64,000 nt of DNA from Alphaproteobacteria bacterium (GTDB lineage Bacteria > Pseudomonadota > Alphaproteobacteria > MPNO01), in NCBI GenBank assembly GCA_965203455.1, contig CBDBCV010000012.1, positions 175,911 to 239,910 on the forward strand, read 5' to 3'. Positions within the stretch are counted from its first letter, which is position 1; every line of letters begins with the position of its first letter. The notes beneath the pieces are model-generated. The model did no database searches. It was not told the DNA's origin and worked only from the letters and a program-made list of their open reading frames with translations. The translations under genes and the position numbers were made by a program. This document shows, piece by piece, positions 36,730-48,645 of this stretch.

Positions 36730-39700
36730 GGTCGTGCCCCCAGGCGTGGTGTGGTGTAGGAGCAGGAGCCAGCATCGGTAGCTGTGGGTAAGTGGCCCGC
36801 CGCCGCGACCGTGTGGCGTCTGGCGGCGGCGGGCCACTTATCCATAGCGGATGGCCATCGCGGTGCCGGTTAGGGTTGGGCTTCTACAGTCCATCCGACC
36901 GGAGGAGTACCACGATGACCACCAAGGACATGATGACCCTGCAGGCGCTTTTGGAGAAGAGTTCGGACGCCGATCTGCTTCGCGAGATGATCGGGTTCAC
37001 GGCCGAGCGTTTGATGGCGCTTGAGGTGGAGGGCCTTGCGGGAGCCGCACACGGCGAGCGTTCGCCGGACCGGCTCACCCATCGCAACGGCTACCGGGAC
37101 CGGGTCTGGGAGACGCGCGCGGGCACGGTGGAGCTGAAGATCCCGAAGCTGCGCAAGGGGAGCTACTTCCCGGGCTTCCTGGAGCCGCGTCGCATGGCGG
37201 AGAAGGCGCTGACGGCGGTGATCCAGGAGGCCTACATCAAGGGCGTGTCGACCCGCTCGGTGGACGACCTGGTGCAGGCCATGGGCATGTCGGGCATCTC
37301 GAAGAGCCAGGTGTCGCGGCTGTGCGGTGAGATCGACGGCAAGATCCGCGACTTCCTCGACCGCCCGCTGGAGGGCGACTGGCCGTATCTGTGGCTGGAC
37401 GCGACCTATGTGAAGATGCGCGAGGCCGGGCGCGTCGTCTCGGTCGCGGTCACGATCGCGGTGGCGGTCAACGACCAGGGCCGCCGCGAGGTGCTCGGCA
37501 TGGCGATCGGCGCGTCCGAGGCCGAGACCTTCTGGACCTCCTTCCTGCGCTCCCTGGCCCGCCGCGGCCTGCGCGGCGTCAAGCTGGTCGTCTCCGATGA
37601 CCACAAGGGCCTGAAGGCGGCTGCAACGCGCGTCCTCGGCGCCACATGGCAGCGCTGCCGCGTCCACTTCATGCGCACCCTGCTCGCCCATGCCGGCAAG
37701 CAGGGCCGGCGCGTCGTGTCCGCCTTCGTCACCACCGCCTTCGCCCAGGAGGATGCAGACAGCGCCTCCGCCCAGTGGCGCCAGGTCGCCGACCAGCTCA
37801 GGGCCAAGGCGCCGAAGCTCGCCGCTCTCATGGACGAGGCCGAGCACGACGTTCTCGCCTACATGACCTTCCCGGCCGCGCATCGCCCCAAGCTGCACTC
37901 GACAAACCCGCTCGAACGACTCCATGGCGAGATCAAGCGGCGTACCAACACCGTCGGCATCTTCCCCAACGAGGACGCCATAACACGGCTGATCGGCGCC
38001 ATCCTGCTCGAGCAGAACGACGAATGGGCCGTCCAGAGGGCCAGATACGAGGCGTTTGCGCTGTCGGGGACGGGTTGATTTACAAGGCGTTCACGGAGGT
38101 GCGAGATTTTTGATACCCCGTGGTGGTCGTTGATATCCGGGGTTTCAGTTTCGCTGCGGCGGTCGTTTTGGCGATTTTCACCCCACGCCGCTGGTCGCGG
38201 CGTCTTGGCAGCGAGGTTTTCCTGCGGCGGCCTCGCGCGCCCTGATCGTGCGCATGAGATAGAAGGTGTCGCCATCGGGCCCTGGGGCCCTTGTTCCACC
38301 ACCACCCCTGGTCGGGAGAACAGCGATGGCGACGGCGGCGAAGCTACCCTTTTCGTGGCGCGATGTCGAAGTCCTGCCGGACCTTGAACGGCTGCGCCTG
38401 GTTCTGGCGGTGCTTCCCGACGAGGAGATCGTGACGGCGCTTGAAGTGTGTCGCGGTCGGGGCCGTAACGACTACCCGGTGCGGGCGATGTGGCGGGCGC
38501 TGATCGCGGGGGTGGTGTTGCAACACGCCTCGATGCAGTCGCTGTTGCGGGAGCTGGGGCGCAACCCGGCGTTGCTGGAGATCTGCGGGTTCGACCCTCT
38601 GCCGTATCAGAGCGGGCCGGTGACGGTGCTTCACGACGGGCATGCGGTAACGCGCCCGGCGCGGGTTCGTTCGACGGCGCCGAGCCACTGGAACTTCTCG
38701 CGGTTTCTGGGGCGTGTTGTGCAGCTTGAGGACGAGCAGGGGCTGGTGTCCGCCATGATCGAGAGCCTGCGCGCCGCGCTGTTCGCCGCGTTGCCGGACT
38801 TCGGGCGTCATCTCGGCTACGACGGCAAGGCGATCGCGAGCCACTCGACGGGCCGGGTCGGCAAGGACGAGGACAAGACCTCGGACCCCGACGCCGACTG
38901 GGGCAAGCACGAGACGGGCGGGGTGGACGCCAGGACCGGCGCGGTGTGGAAGAAGGTGAAGTCGTGGTTCGGCTACGGGCTGCACCTGATCGCCGACACC
39001 GATTACGAGGTTCCGGTGGCCTTCGAGGTGACGCGCGCTTCGGCCTCGGAACCCAAGGTGCTGTCCGGGATGCTGGAGGAGCTGTTCGCAAGGGCGCCGG
39101 AGATCGCCGGGCGCTGCGCCGACTTCAGCGCCGACCGCGGTCTCGACGATGCCCGCCTGAAGGCGCGGCTGTGGGACCGGTGGACCGCCCGCCCGCTGAT
39201 CGATACACGGCTGATGTGGCGGGTGGAGAAGCAGGAGCCGAGATACGATCCGGCGCAGCCGATCACGCGGCCGCTGTTCCCCGACCGCGCCGATGTCATC
39301 GTTCACGACGAGCGCGGCCGGGTGTCCTGCGTCTGTCCCGGGACCGGCGAGGTCCGCGCTATGGCGTTTCAGGGGTTCGAGGCTGATCGGGGCCGCTGCG
39401 GCACGCTCAAATACCGCTGCCCGGCAGCCGCCTTCGGCTTCGCCTGCGCCGGCAGCCGGGCCTGCCACCGGGCCGGCGGGGTCAAGCCCGGAGACTATGG
39501 CCGCATCCTGCGCATCGACCTCGACAGCCACGACCGGCGCATCTTCACCCCCACGCCCTGGGGCAGTCCGTCATGGCGGCGCGGCTACAACCGCCGCTCG
39601 GCCATGGAGCGGATCAACAGCCGCCTCGACAACAGCTTCAACTTCGAGACCCACTACATCCGAGGCCGCGCCAAGATGAAGACCCGCCTCGGCCTCGCCC

Positions 39701-40155
39701 TGGCGGTGATGATGGCGATGGCTCTCGCCCAGGCCCGCGCCGGCCGCCCCGAGCGCATGCGCTCCCTGGTCGGCGCCGTGCCGTATCTCGACACCGGCTG
39801 ACCGCTCGTCTGCCTCCCGACAATCCTGCCCGATCCCGCCGCCCGACGGCAGAGGGGAAGCCACGCCCGCACGCCAGACAATCTTCCGGTAATCGTATTT
39901 GTCAGGCCCCGGAAGCCCGTATCCTGCCCGGTGGGGAAGCGGGCCGGACGATATTCAACCGCCAAAATCGAACCGGCGACAGCCAAAAATCACCACAGCG
40001 CACATTTCTCAGATACATGACGCTGGAATCAATCGCTCCCGTGAGCGACAATGCAACCGTCAAGCTGCCCGCCGTGGCAGCCTGAGCCTACCGGCCCTAC
40101 CCGCCGGATACCGCGACGGCCGCCAGGCTCTTACACCACGGCTCGGGACACGATC
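36730..40155 (+). mobile_element. IS256-family copy 3, interrupted near transposase C-terminus
   Basis: 8-bp TSD AGCGGCAG; CDS 36915-38048 resumes to 40085. Confidence 0.95.
38049..40010 (+). mobile_element. IS1182/IS4-like DDE element copy 1 (transposase 38326-39801)
   Basis: Ends GAGGCGTTTGCGC/GCGCACATTTCTC; AGATAC TSD; YDGK, WFGYGLHL, ADRG, Y.RR..MER.N motifs; exact family uncertain. Confidence 0.85.
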
Positions 40156-40198
40156 AGCGGCAGCGGTCCCCGTGCCCGGCTCGCACCGCGATGCCCCA

Positions 40199-40232
40199 GA
40201 CGTGGATGCCCGGAACAAGTCCGGGCATGACG
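40199..40232. repeat. CGTC-tagged REP-like unit, family B
   Basis: GACGTGGATGCCCGGAACAAGTCCGGGCATGACG, same as 44064-44097. Confidence 0.85.
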
Positions 40233-40354
40233 ATATGGGGGCAGGGCAGGACATCGGCAATGACGGGCGGCGGGGCAGATGTGCGCCCGCCGCGGCGGGC
40301 GTCGTTCCCTCCTCGCCCCGCCCGGCACAGCGGCTTTCTTGCGCAACGAATAGA

Positions 40355-40368
40355 AATGTTATAACATT
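40355..40368. promoter_or_regulatory. Zur box
   Basis: AATGTTATAACATT palindrome directly upstream of Zur/zinc ABC operon. Confidence 0.75.
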
Positions 40369-40374
40369 GTGTTC

Positions 40375-40911
40375 ATGCCCCGCAAGGCGACACAGGCGAT
40401 GGCGGAACCGCCGGCCCGGCCACGGCCACGGCCCTGCACCGATCCGGATTGCCGCGGACGGCACGCGCCGCGCGAGCGGGTCGCGCTCGCGGTATCGATC
40501 TGCGAGGGGCGCGGCGAACGGATGACGGCGTTTCGCAGGCGCATCCTGGAGCTGCTCTGGGCGAGCGGCCGGCCGACGGGCGCCTACGAGCTGATCGAGG
40601 CGATCGAGCGCAGGGAGTCGCGCCGGGTCGGACCGCCGACCGTGTACCGGGCGCTCGAGTTCCTGATGGCGCAAGGCCTCGTTTCCAGGATCGAAAGCCT
40701 GAACGCCTACGTCCCGTGCGCCCATCCCGAGCGCGACCACGATTGCCTGTTCTTCATCTGCAGCGGCTGCCGGACATCGGTCGAGCTCGAGGATCCGCGG
40801 ATCGGAGGGCTGCTGGCCGAGGATGCCGCCCTCCTCGGGTTCGTCGCGACGCGCCGCACGGTCGAGGTCGAGGGCATGTGCGCGCGGTGCGCGGACGCCG
40901 GCGCGGCATGA
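40375..40911 (+). CDS. zur: Fur-family zinc uptake regulator (start uncertain)
   Basis: GAYEL, PPTVYRALEFL, SRIESLNAY, two CxxC. Confidence 0.85.
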   Translation: MPRKATQAMAEPPARPRPRPCTDPDCRGRHAPRERVALAVSICEGRGERMTAFRRRILELLWASGRPTGAYELIEAIERRESRRVGPPTVYRALEFLMAQGLVSRIESLNAYVPCAHPERDHDCLFFICSGCRTSVELEDPRIGGLLAEDAALLGFVATRRTVEVEGMCARCADAGAA

Positions 40912-41039
40912 GACCGCGCGCCCCTTCGATCCGGCTGCTGCCGCTCGGCGCCGGGCCCCGGCTGGCCGGCGCGGCCCTGATCGCCGCCGTGCTCTGGGCC
41001 GCGTTCTTCTGGGCGACGTCCACGCCGGGGGGGGCATGA
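40908..41039 (+). CDS. 43-aa single-TM protein coupled to zur and the ATPase
   Basis: ATGA overlaps on both sides; RLAGAALIAAVLWAAFFWA. Confidence 0.65.
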   Translation: MRPRAPSIRLLPLGAGPRLAGAALIAAVLWAAFFWATSTPGGA

Positions 41040-41779
41040 CCTACGCGCTTCAGTTTCAGGACCTGACCCTCGGCTACGACCGGCATCCAGCCGTGCATCG
41101 CCTGCGGGGCGAGATCGCCGAGGGCAGCCTGACGGCCATCGTCGGACCCAACGGGGCCGGCAAGTCCACGATGCTGAAGGGGGTGACCGGCGCGCTCCGC
41201 CCGCTCGAGGGCCGGATCGTCTTCGGCGGGATCGCTCGGGACGACATCGCCTACCTGCCGCAGCAATCGGACGTCGACCGGTCCTTCCCGATCGCGGTCG
41301 CCGACCTCGTGGCGATGGGGCTCTGGCAAGAGATCGGCGGTTTCGCCGGCTTGCGGTCCGGTCACCGGGCCCGCGTCGCCGAAGCGATTTCCGCGGTCGG
41401 GCTCGAAGGGTTCGAGAAGCGGCCGATCGGGTCGCTGTCGGGCGGTCAGATGCAGCGCGCGCTCTTCGCGCGGCTTCTGTTGCAGGACGCGGCGCTCGTC
41501 CTGCTCGACGAGCCCTTCACCGCGGTCGACGCGAGAACCATGGCGGACCTGATCGGCGTGGTGCGGCGCTGGCACGGCGAAGGCCGCACGGTGCTCGCCG
41601 TCCTGCACGACCACGACACGGTGCGGGCCCACTTCCCCCGCACGCTGATGCTGGCGCGCGAGCTCGTCGCCCACGGACCCACGGCGCAGGTGCTGACCGC
41701 CGAGAACCAGTTCCGCGCGCGTCAGATGTGCGAGGCCTGCGCCGGCCCGCCGCACGTCTGCGGGCGCAGCGCCGCGTGA
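41036..41779 (+). CDS. Zn/Mn ABC transporter ATPase (ZnuC/AztA-like)
   Basis: GPNGAGKST, LSGGQ, LLDEP. Confidence 0.9.
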   Translation: MTYALQFQDLTLGYDRHPAVHRLRGEIAEGSLTAIVGPNGAGKSTMLKGVTGALRPLEGRIVFGGIARDDIAYLPQQSDVDRSFPIAVADLVAMGLWQEIGGFAGLRSGHRARVAEAISAVGLEGFEKRPIGSLSGGQMQRALFARLLLQDAALVLLDEPFTAVDARTMADLIGVVRRWHGEGRTVLAVLHDHDTVRAHFPRTLMLARELVAHGPTAQVLTAENQFRARQMCEACAGPPHVCGRSAA

Positions 41780-41809
41780 TGTCGCTGCGGCCAGCCGTCG
41801 CCCGGGAGG

Positions 41810-41910
41810 CCCCCTCACCCCGACCCTCTCCCCGCGGGGGAGAGGGGGAGCCGTGCGCCGCCTCCTCCCTGCCTTCTCCCCTCCCGCTCGCGGGAGGGGT
41901 CGGGGGAGGG
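41810..41910. repeat. Palindromic repeat pair, family C, inside zinc operon
   Basis: Same two hairpins as 43860-43961. Confidence 0.8.
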
Positions 41911-41930
41911 CCGGACGGCGCGGAGGCGGC

Positions 41931-42800
41931 ATGATGTGGGAGCTCCTCGTCCAGCCCTTCGCCGATTTCGGCTTCATGCGGCGCGCGCTGATCGGATGCA
42001 TCGCGGTCTCGGTCGGCGCGACGCCGGTCGGGGTGTTCCTGATGCTGCGCCGCATGAGCCTGACGGGCGACGCGATGGCCTGCGCGATCTTGCCGGGCGC
42101 GGCCGTCGGCTATCTCGTCGCGGGCCTCTCGCTCGGGGCGATGACCGTCGGCGGGCTGCTCGCGGGCATGGCCGTGGCGCTGCTCGCGGGCTTCGTGGCC
42201 CGCGTCACGGCGCTGCGCGAGGACGCGAGCCTGGCGGCGTTCTACCTGATCTCGCTGGCGCTGGGCGTGCTGATCGTGTCCACGAGGGGCAGCAATATCG
42301 ACCTGATGCACGTGCTGTTCGGGACCGTGCTGGCGCTCGACGACGCCGCGCTCACTCTGCTCTGCTCCTTCGCGAGCGTCTCGGTCTTCGCGCTCGCGGT
42401 CCTGTTCCGGCCGCTCGTGCTCGAATGCGCGGATCCGCAGTTCCTGCGTTCGGTGAGCGGGCTCAGCGCCGTGACGCATTTCGCGTTTCTCGCCCTCGTC
42501 GTGCTGAACCTCGTGGCCGGCTTTCACGCGCTCGGCACGCTGATGGCCGTCGGCATCATGATCCTTCCCGCCGCCGCCGCGCGGTTCTGGGCCGTCGGCA
42601 TCGGCGCGCTGATCGCCGCCGCGGTCTCGGTCGCGACGCTCTCGAGCCTGTGCGGCCTTCTTCTCTCCTACCATTTCAGCCTGCCCTCCGGGCCGGCGAT
42701 CATCCTCGTCGCGGGTCTCGCCTACGCGCTGTCGCTGGTCTTCGGACCGGTGGGCGGTCTCGCCCGGCGGGCGTCCCCGCGCCGCTATCTCGAAGCCTGA
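41931..42800 (+). CDS. Zn/Mn ABC transporter permease (ZnuB/AztB-like)
   Basis: LRRMSLTGDAM, DLMHVLFG, LPSGPAI. Confidence 0.9.
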   Translation: MMWELLVQPFADFGFMRRALIGCIAVSVGATPVGVFLMLRRMSLTGDAMACAILPGAAVGYLVAGLSLGAMTVGGLLAGMAVALLAGFVARVTALREDASLAAFYLISLALGVLIVSTRGSNIDLMHVLFGTVLALDDAALTLLCSFASVSVFALAVLFRPLVLECADPQFLRSVSGLSAVTHFAFLALVVLNLVAGFHALGTLMAVGIMILPAAAARFWAVGIGALIAAAVSVATLSSLCGLLLSYHFSLPSGPAIILVAGLAYALSLVFGPVGGLARRASPRRYLEA

Positions 42801-42811
42801 AAGGAGTTCCG

Positions 42812-43858
42812 ATGCCCGCCCGCAGAGCGTTCCTGACGTCCGCCGCCGTCCTCGCTTTGTCGTTCGCCCTGGCGCCCGCCGCGCCGGCGACCGCGCAATC
42901 CGGCAAGCCGATCCCGGTGGTCGCCACCTTCTCGATCCTCGGCGACATGGTGAAACGGATCGGCGGAGAGCATGTCGCCCTCACGACGCTCGTCGGCCCC
43001 GACGGGGATACGCATGTCTACCGGCCGACCCCGGCCGACGCGCGGGCCGTCAGCGAAGCGAAGATCCTGGTGGTCAACGGGCTGCAATTCGAGGGCTGGC
43101 TGGACCGCCTGATCGACGCTTCGAACTTCCGCGGCGTCCGGGTGGTGGCGACCCACGGCATCGAGCCGATCGCATTCGAGGACGACCACGACAAGCGCGA
43201 CGACCACGGCAAGCACGCCGAGGACAGCGATCGCAAAGGCCATGGCCATGCCGAGCACGACAAGCACGACGACCGCGGCAAACACGACAAGCACGCCGAG
43301 GCCGACCGTCACGACGGCCACGGCCACGGCGCCTTCGACCCCCATGCCTGGCAAAGCCTCCGCAACGCGGCGGTCTACGCGGACAACATCGCCGCGGCGC
43401 TGGCCGAGGCCGATCCCGCGAACGCCGGCGCGTTCCGGCGCAACCGCGCGGCCTATGCGGCCGAGATCGAAGCGCTCGATTCGGAAATCCGCAAGCTCGT
43501 CGCCGGGCTTCCCGCGGCGAGCCGGACCGTCGTCACCTCGCACGACGCGTTCCAGTATTTCGGCCGCGACTACGGGCTGACCTTCGTCGCGCCGCAGGGG
43601 CTCAGCACCGAGTCCGAGGCGTCCGCGAAGGACGTCGTCCGCCTGATCCGGCAGATCCGCGACGAGGGCATTCGCGCCGTCTTCGTCGAGAACGTCGCGG
43701 ACCCCCGCCTCCTGAAGCGCATCGCCGACGAGACCGGAGCCGTCATCGGCGGCACGCTCTATCCCGGCGCGCTGTCCGGCCCGGACGGTCCGGCGCCGAC
43801 CTATCTCGACATGATGCGGCACAACGCAATGACGCTCGCGCGGGCGCTGACGTCGTAA
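42812..43858 (+). CDS. Zn ABC substrate-binding protein with His-rich loop (ZnuA/AztC-like)
   Basis: DTHVY, DPHAW, TSHDAF, His/Asp-rich insert. Confidence 0.9.
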   Translation: MPARRAFLTSAAVLALSFALAPAAPATAQSGKPIPVVATFSILGDMVKRIGGEHVALTTLVGPDGDTHVYRPTPADARAVSEAKILVVNGLQFEGWLDRLIDASNFRGVRVVATHGIEPIAFEDDHDKRDDHGKHAEDSDRKGHGHAEHDKHDDRGKHDKHAEADRHDGHGHGAFDPHAWQSLRNAAVYADNIAAALAEADPANAGAFRRNRAAYAAEIEALDSEIRKLVAGLPAASRTVVTSHDAFQYFGRDYGLTFVAPQGLSTESEASAKDVVRLIRQIRDEGIRAVFVENVADPRLLKRIADETGAVIGGTLYPGALSGPDGPAPTYLDMMRHNAMTLARALTS

Positions 43859-43859
43859 G

Positions 43860-44097
43860 GCCCCCTCACCCCGACCCTCTCCCCGCGGGGGAGAGGGGGA
43901 TTCGCTCGCCGACCTCTCCTTATCTTCTCCCCTCCCGCTTGCGGGAGGGGTTGGGGGAGGGTGGCCCGCCGCCACCCCTTTTGTCGTCATGCCCGGACTT
44001 GTTCCGGGCATCCACGTCTTGCGGCATCGCGGTGCGAGCCGGGAGCGGGCGAGGCGGCGAAGGGACGTGGATGCCCGGAACAAGTCCGGGCATGACG
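43860..44097. repeat. Family C pair followed by CGTC-tagged family B inverted doublet (43985-44097)
   Basis: Four hairpin units in tandem after the operon stop. Confidence 0.85.
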
Positions 44098-44262
44098 TGT
44101 GGGGGAAGCGGCGTGACAGGCTTGGGGCCGGCCCTCGGCGAGAAGTCCGCCTCGCGCCGACGACCGTAACGCACTGTTACAAATCCCCGTCCGCCCTGAA
44201 ATACGCGGGCAACGAAGCGCCCTTATGTTGGCCGTGCGATGCGCGGGCGGCGAGGTTTTGCC

Positions 44263-44763
44263 ATGGCGGAAACGAGGCTCGGCTACTCCGGGGCGCAGGT
44301 CGCGCTGCACTGGACCGTCGCGGTGCTGGTGGTCGCGCAGATCGTCCTGCATGACGGCATCGTCGCCGCCTACGCGGCCGGGCGGGGGGTCGGGACGGCG
44401 ACGGAGTCCGAGATGTTCCTCGCCGACCTTCACGTCGCGTTCGGCGTCGCGGTCTTCGGGCTTGCCCTGTTGCGCGTGGCGCTCCGCGTGCGCCGCGGCG
44501 CCCCGCCGCCGCCGCAGGACGAGCACCCGGCGCTGCGATTGGCCGCCCGGGCCACGCATTTCGCCCTCTATGCGCTGATCCTCGGGATGCCCGTGACCGG
44601 CGGCCTCGCCTGGTTCGGCGGGGTCGAGGCGATGGCCGGGCTGCACGGCGCCGGCAAGGCGGCGATCCTCGTCCTGGTGGGCCTGCACGTCCTCGGCGCG
44701 CTCTATCAGCACTTTTATCTCAGGACCGACGTGCTGCGCCGGATGCTGCGGCCCGAACGGTGA
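44263..44763 (+). CDS. Cytochrome b561 family protein
   Basis: YS..Q..LHW, four TM segments with heme His, LHVLGALYQH..D.LRRM. Confidence 0.85.
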   Translation: MAETRLGYSGAQVALHWTVAVLVVAQIVLHDGIVAAYAAGRGVGTATESEMFLADLHVAFGVAVFGLALLRVALRVRRGAPPPPQDEHPALRLAARATHFALYALILGMPVTGGLAWFGGVEAMAGLHGAGKAAILVLVGLHVLGALYQHFYLRTDVLRRMLRPER

Positions 44764-44797
44764 GATAATAAAGTCCGGAGACCGACCGGAGGACCGC

Positions 44798-47080
44798 ATG
44801 CCCGCCCGTTCACGCGCCGCCGCCGCCGGGATCGCCAGCGCCGCGGCGGGACTCGTCCTCTCCGCCTGCGCGCTGCTCGCGCCGCTGCCCGAGCGCAAGG
44901 ACATCGCCGGGCGCCTCGCGGCGTTCCCGACGCGCGGCCTGCCGCTGGAGGGGCGGGCGACGGTCTACTGGAGCGACCGGCAGATCCCCTTCGTCGAGGC
45001 GGAGACGGACGCGGACGCGGCGTTCGTGCTCGGCCTCGCGCACGCGCATCTGCGGCTGGGCCAGATGGCGACGGCGCGGATGCTGGCGCGCGGACGGCTG
45101 TCGGAGATGATCGGACCGCTCGGCGTCGACATCGACCGGGGCCTCCGCACCCTCTCCTATGCCCGCGCCGCGGCGGAGATCGAGCGCGGCATGGACAAGG
45201 CGGCGCTCGCCTGGGTCCGCCGTTTCGTCGACGGGGTCAACCACTACCAGGACACCGCCGCCGAGCTGCCGCACGACTTCCGCGTCCTCGGCCTCGATCC
45301 CGAGCCCTGGACGGTCGCCGACGTGCTCGCCATCGGACGCCTCGGCGGGACGGACGTGAACTGGCTGGTGTGGGCCGGCCTGTTGAAGCTGCGCGCGCGG
45401 GAGGACTGGCCCGAGCTCTGGGCGCGGATGGTGAAACGGGGCCGGACATCGTTCGCCAGCTTCGACGGCGGCGCGCGAATCGCCGCCATGCAACGATTGC
45501 TGGCCGGGACCTCCAAGTCGGGCAGCAACAGCGTCGCCGTGGCGGGGCATCGCAGCGCGACGGGCGGCGCGCTGATGGCCAACGACCCCCATCTCGGCAT
45601 CTTCATTCCCAACGTCTGGCTGATCGCCGGCGTCAAGTCGCCCTCCTACCACGCGGTGGGGCTGATGGCGCCGGGGCTGCCCATCTTCGCCATCGGCCGC
45701 AACCCGCATATCGCCTGGGGCGGCACCAACATGCGCGCCGCCTCCAGCGATCTCGTCGATGTCGGCGACCTGCCGGAGTCGGAGATAGAGGAGCGGCGCG
45801 AACGCATCGGCGTGCGCTGGTGGTTCGACAGCGAAGTGACCGTCCGCGAGACGGGCTGGGGGCCGATCGTGACCGACACGCCGCTGCTCGCGGATCTCGA
45901 CCTGCCGCCGCTCGCGCTGAAATGGACCGGCCACGGGGCGAGCGACGAGATCGGCGCCATGCTGGCGGTGAGCCGGGCGCGCGACTTCGCCGGGTTCCGC
46001 GCCGCGTTCGACCGCTTCGCCGTGCCGGGGCAGAACATGCTCTATGCGGACGCCGACGGGAATATCGGCCAGACGATGGCGGTAAGGCTGCCGGCGCGAA
46101 GCGGCGCGCCGGCCGACATCGTCGTCGACAGGGACGCGCACGACGCCGCCTGGGGGGACATGCGGAGCGGCGCGGATCTGCCCTTCGGCCTCAACCCGGA
46201 GCGGGGCTTCCTGGTGTCGGCCAACAACCGGCCGGCGGAGACGGACGTGCCGGTGAGCTTCTTCTTCTCGCCCGACGACCGGGTGCGCCGCATGACCGCG
46301 CTGCTGGAGGGCGAGGCGAAAGTGCCCGTCGAGGCCCTGAAGACGCTACAGCGGGACGTCTACATGGCGTCCTCGGCGGCGCTGCGCGATCTGTTCGTCG
46401 CCCGGCTGGACGCGCTCGGGATGACGGCGGCGGCCGACGCAAGGGGCGCCGAGGCGATCGGCCGCCTGCGCGGCTGGGACGGGCACTATCGGCGCGACTC
46501 GGTGGGCGCGGTCGCCTTCGAGCGGTTCCGCGCCGGATTCGTCACCCGCTTCTACACGCTCCGCTACGGCGAGGCGCACGGCGGGTCGTTCGCCTCGATG
46601 CGCCGGGGCACGGCGCTGATCGAGGAGGACATCGCCGCCGCCGACGAAGACACGCTGCGCGACGCGCTCGCCGCCGGGCTGCGCGTCGCCGCCGAAGGCC
46701 TGGACGAATTCGCCGGCTGGGGCGACATGCACCGGCTCAGGCTCGCCCATCCGCTGTCCCGGCTCCCGCTGATCGGCGGGCGCTACCGCTTCGCCGAGGC
46801 GGGGGTCGGGGGCAGCTCGGAGACCGTGATGAAGACCGCGCACGACACCACCGCCGACCGCCATACCGCAACCTACGGCTCCAACGCGCGCCACGTCTCC
46901 GACATGTCCGACCCGGACGCGAACTGGTTCGTGCTGCTGGGCGGGCAGGACGGAAGGTTCAACTCGTCGACGGCGCTCGATCAGTGGGATTTGTGGCGCC
47001 GGGGCGCGTACGTTCGCGTGCCGCTGACGCTGCCGGAGGTCCGTGGGACCTTCCCGCACGCGCTGGCGCTGGAGAACTGA
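44798..47080 (+). CDS. Penicillin acylase family Ntn-hydrolase, probable lipoprotein
   Basis: LSAC lipobox; GSNS..ANDPHL beta-chain start; QNMLYAD; SANN. Confidence 0.85.
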   Translation: MPARSRAAAAGIASAAAGLVLSACALLAPLPERKDIAGRLAAFPTRGLPLEGRATVYWSDRQIPFVEAETDADAAFVLGLAHAHLRLGQMATARMLARGRLSEMIGPLGVDIDRGLRTLSYARAAAEIERGMDKAALAWVRRFVDGVNHYQDTAAELPHDFRVLGLDPEPWTVADVLAIGRLGGTDVNWLVWAGLLKLRAREDWPELWARMVKRGRTSFASFDGGARIAAMQRLLAGTSKSGSNSVAVAGHRSATGGALMANDPHLGIFIPNVWLIAGVKSPSYHAVGLMAPGLPIFAIGRNPHIAWGGTNMRAASSDLVDVGDLPESEIEERRERIGVRWWFDSEVTVRETGWGPIVTDTPLLADLDLPPLALKWTGHGASDEIGAMLAVSRARDFAGFRAAFDRFAVPGQNMLYADADGNIGQTMAVRLPARSGAPADIVVDRDAHDAAWGDMRSGADLPFGLNPERGFLVSANNRPAETDVPVSFFFSPDDRVRRMTALLEGEAKVPVEALKTLQRDVYMASSAALRDLFVARLDALGMTAAADARGAEAIGRLRGWDGHYRRDSVGAVAFERFRAGFVTRFYTLRYGEAHGGSFASMRRGTALIEEDIAAADEDTLRDALAAGLRVAAEGLDEFAGWGDMHRLRLAHPLSRLPLIGGRYRFAEAGVGGSSETVMKTAHDTTADRHTATYGSNARHVSDMSDPDANWFVLLGGQDGRFNSSTALDQWDLWRRGAYVRVPLTLPEVRGTFPHALALEN

Positions 47081-47094
47081 CCCGGCGGCGGGCC

Positions 47095-48645
47095 ATGCAC
47101 GACGCGACCTGGCTTCTGAGGCTCTACGCCCGAAAGCGGCTCCGGCGTCTCGCGCGGATGGACCCGCAAGCGGTCCAGCGCGGCGTGCTGTCGTCGCTGG
47201 TCCGCCGCGCGCGCGGCACGAGGTTCGGGCGGGACCACGATTTCGCCGCCGTCCGGTCGCTCGACGACTACCGTTCGCGGGTTCCGCTCAGGGACTACGA
47301 CGCGTTCTGGGACGCCTACTGGCGCGTGCCGTTCCCCCACCTGTACGGCTGCACCTGGCCCGGCCCCATCCCGTGGTTCGCCGTGTCGTCGGGAACGTCG
47401 ACCGGCACCACGAAATACATCCCCGTCAGCCGGGAGATGCGCCGGTCGAACGTGCGCGCGGGCGCCGAGCTGCTGGTCCGCCATGTTGCCGGCCGGCCGA
47501 ACAGCCGGCTGCTCGCCGGGCGCGTCTTCATGCTCGGCGGCTCGACCGGGCTGGTGCGCCGCGCGCCGGGAGTCCTGAGCGGCGATCTGAGCGGCATCGC
47601 GGCGGCGGAAATGCCGGCCTGGGCGAGGCTGCGCTATTTCCCGCCGCGCGATCTGGAGGGCATCGCCGACTGGGAGACGAAGATCGAATGCTTCGCCGAA
47701 CGCTCGCTGGAGACCGGGATCACGGCGGTGGCGGGCACGCCGAGCTGGCTGCTGATCTTCTTCGAGCGCCTCGCCGAGATCGCCGGCGGGAAGCGCATCG
47801 CCGACATCTGGCCCGGGCTCGAGCTGCTGTCGCACGGCGGCGTCGCCTGGGCGCCCTATCGCGACCGCTTCGCCGCCCTGCTCGAAGGGAGCCGCGCGGA
47901 GACGCGCGAGGTCTACCCGGCCAGCGAGGGGTTCTTCGCCGTCGCCGACCGCGCCGACGGCGAGGGGCTCCGGCTGCTGCTCGATACCGGGATCTTCTAC
48001 GAGTTCGTCCCCCTCGACCAACTGGACAGCGCGAACCCGGACTGCCGCTGGATCGGCGACGCGGAGCCGGGCGTCAACTACGCGCTGGCGGTAACCACCT
48101 GCGCCGGGCTGTGGCGCTACCTCGTGGGCGACACGGTGACGCTGGTCGACCGCGACCCGCCGCGCGTCCTGGTCACCGGGCGGACGAGCTACATGCTGTC
48201 CGCCTTCGGCGAGCACGTGATCGGCGCCGAGGTCGAGCGGGCCGTGGCGGAGGCGGCGCGCGCGATCGGCGCGACGGTCACCGACTTCGCCGCCGGAAGC
48301 CTGTTCCCCGGGGAGAGCGGCGCGCGCGGCGGGCATCTCTACATCGTCGAGCCGGGCGCCGAAGCCGGCGGGTCCGGCCCCGACGCCGGCCGCCAAGCGC
48401 GCTTCGCCGAACGGCTCGACGCAACGCTCTGCCGCCTCAACTACGACTACGCCGCCCACCGCGCCGGCGGCTACGGCATGGACGCGGCGAAGGTCCAGTT
48501 CCTCCCTCCGGGTGCCTTCGCGGCCTGGATGAAGAGCCGCGGCAAGCTCGGCGGCCAGAACAAGGTGCCCCGCATCGTCAACGACCCGGAGCTCTTCGCC
48601 GCGCTGCGGGCGTTCGCGGACGGGTACGGCGGGACGGTGGAGTGA
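47095..48645 (+). CDS. GH3-family acyl acid-amido synthetase-like protein
   Basis: [41 protein letters not shown]. Confidence 0.85.
   Translation: MHDATWLLRLYARKRLRRLARMDPQAVQRGVLSSLVRRARGTRFGRDHDFAAVRSLDDYRSRVPLRDYDAFWDAYWRVPFPHLYGCTWPGPIPWFAVSSGTSTGTTKYIPVSREMRRSNVRAGAELLVRHVAGRPNSRLLAGRVFMLGGSTGLVRRAPGVLSGDLSGIAAAEMPAWARLRYFPPRDLEGIADWETKIECFAERSLETGITAVAGTPSWLLIFFERLAEIAGGKRIADIWPGLELLSHGGVAWAPYRDRFAALLEGSRAETREVYPASEGFFAVADRADGEGLRLLLDTGIFYEFVPLDQLDSANPDCRWIGDAEPGVNYALAVTTCAGLWRYLVGDTVTLVDRDPPRVLVTGRTSYMLSAFGEHVIGAEVERAVAEAARAIGATVTDFAAGSLFPGESGARGGHLYIVEPGAEAGGSGPDAGRQARFAERLDATLCRLNYDYAAHRAGGYGMDAAKVQFLPPGAFAAWMKSRGKLGGQNKVPRIVNDPELFAALRAFADGYGGTVE

Noticed and set aside
43180-43330. 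His/Asp-rich repeats as a separate repeat element
   Set aside because: Normal His-rich loop of ZnuA-type binding proteins.
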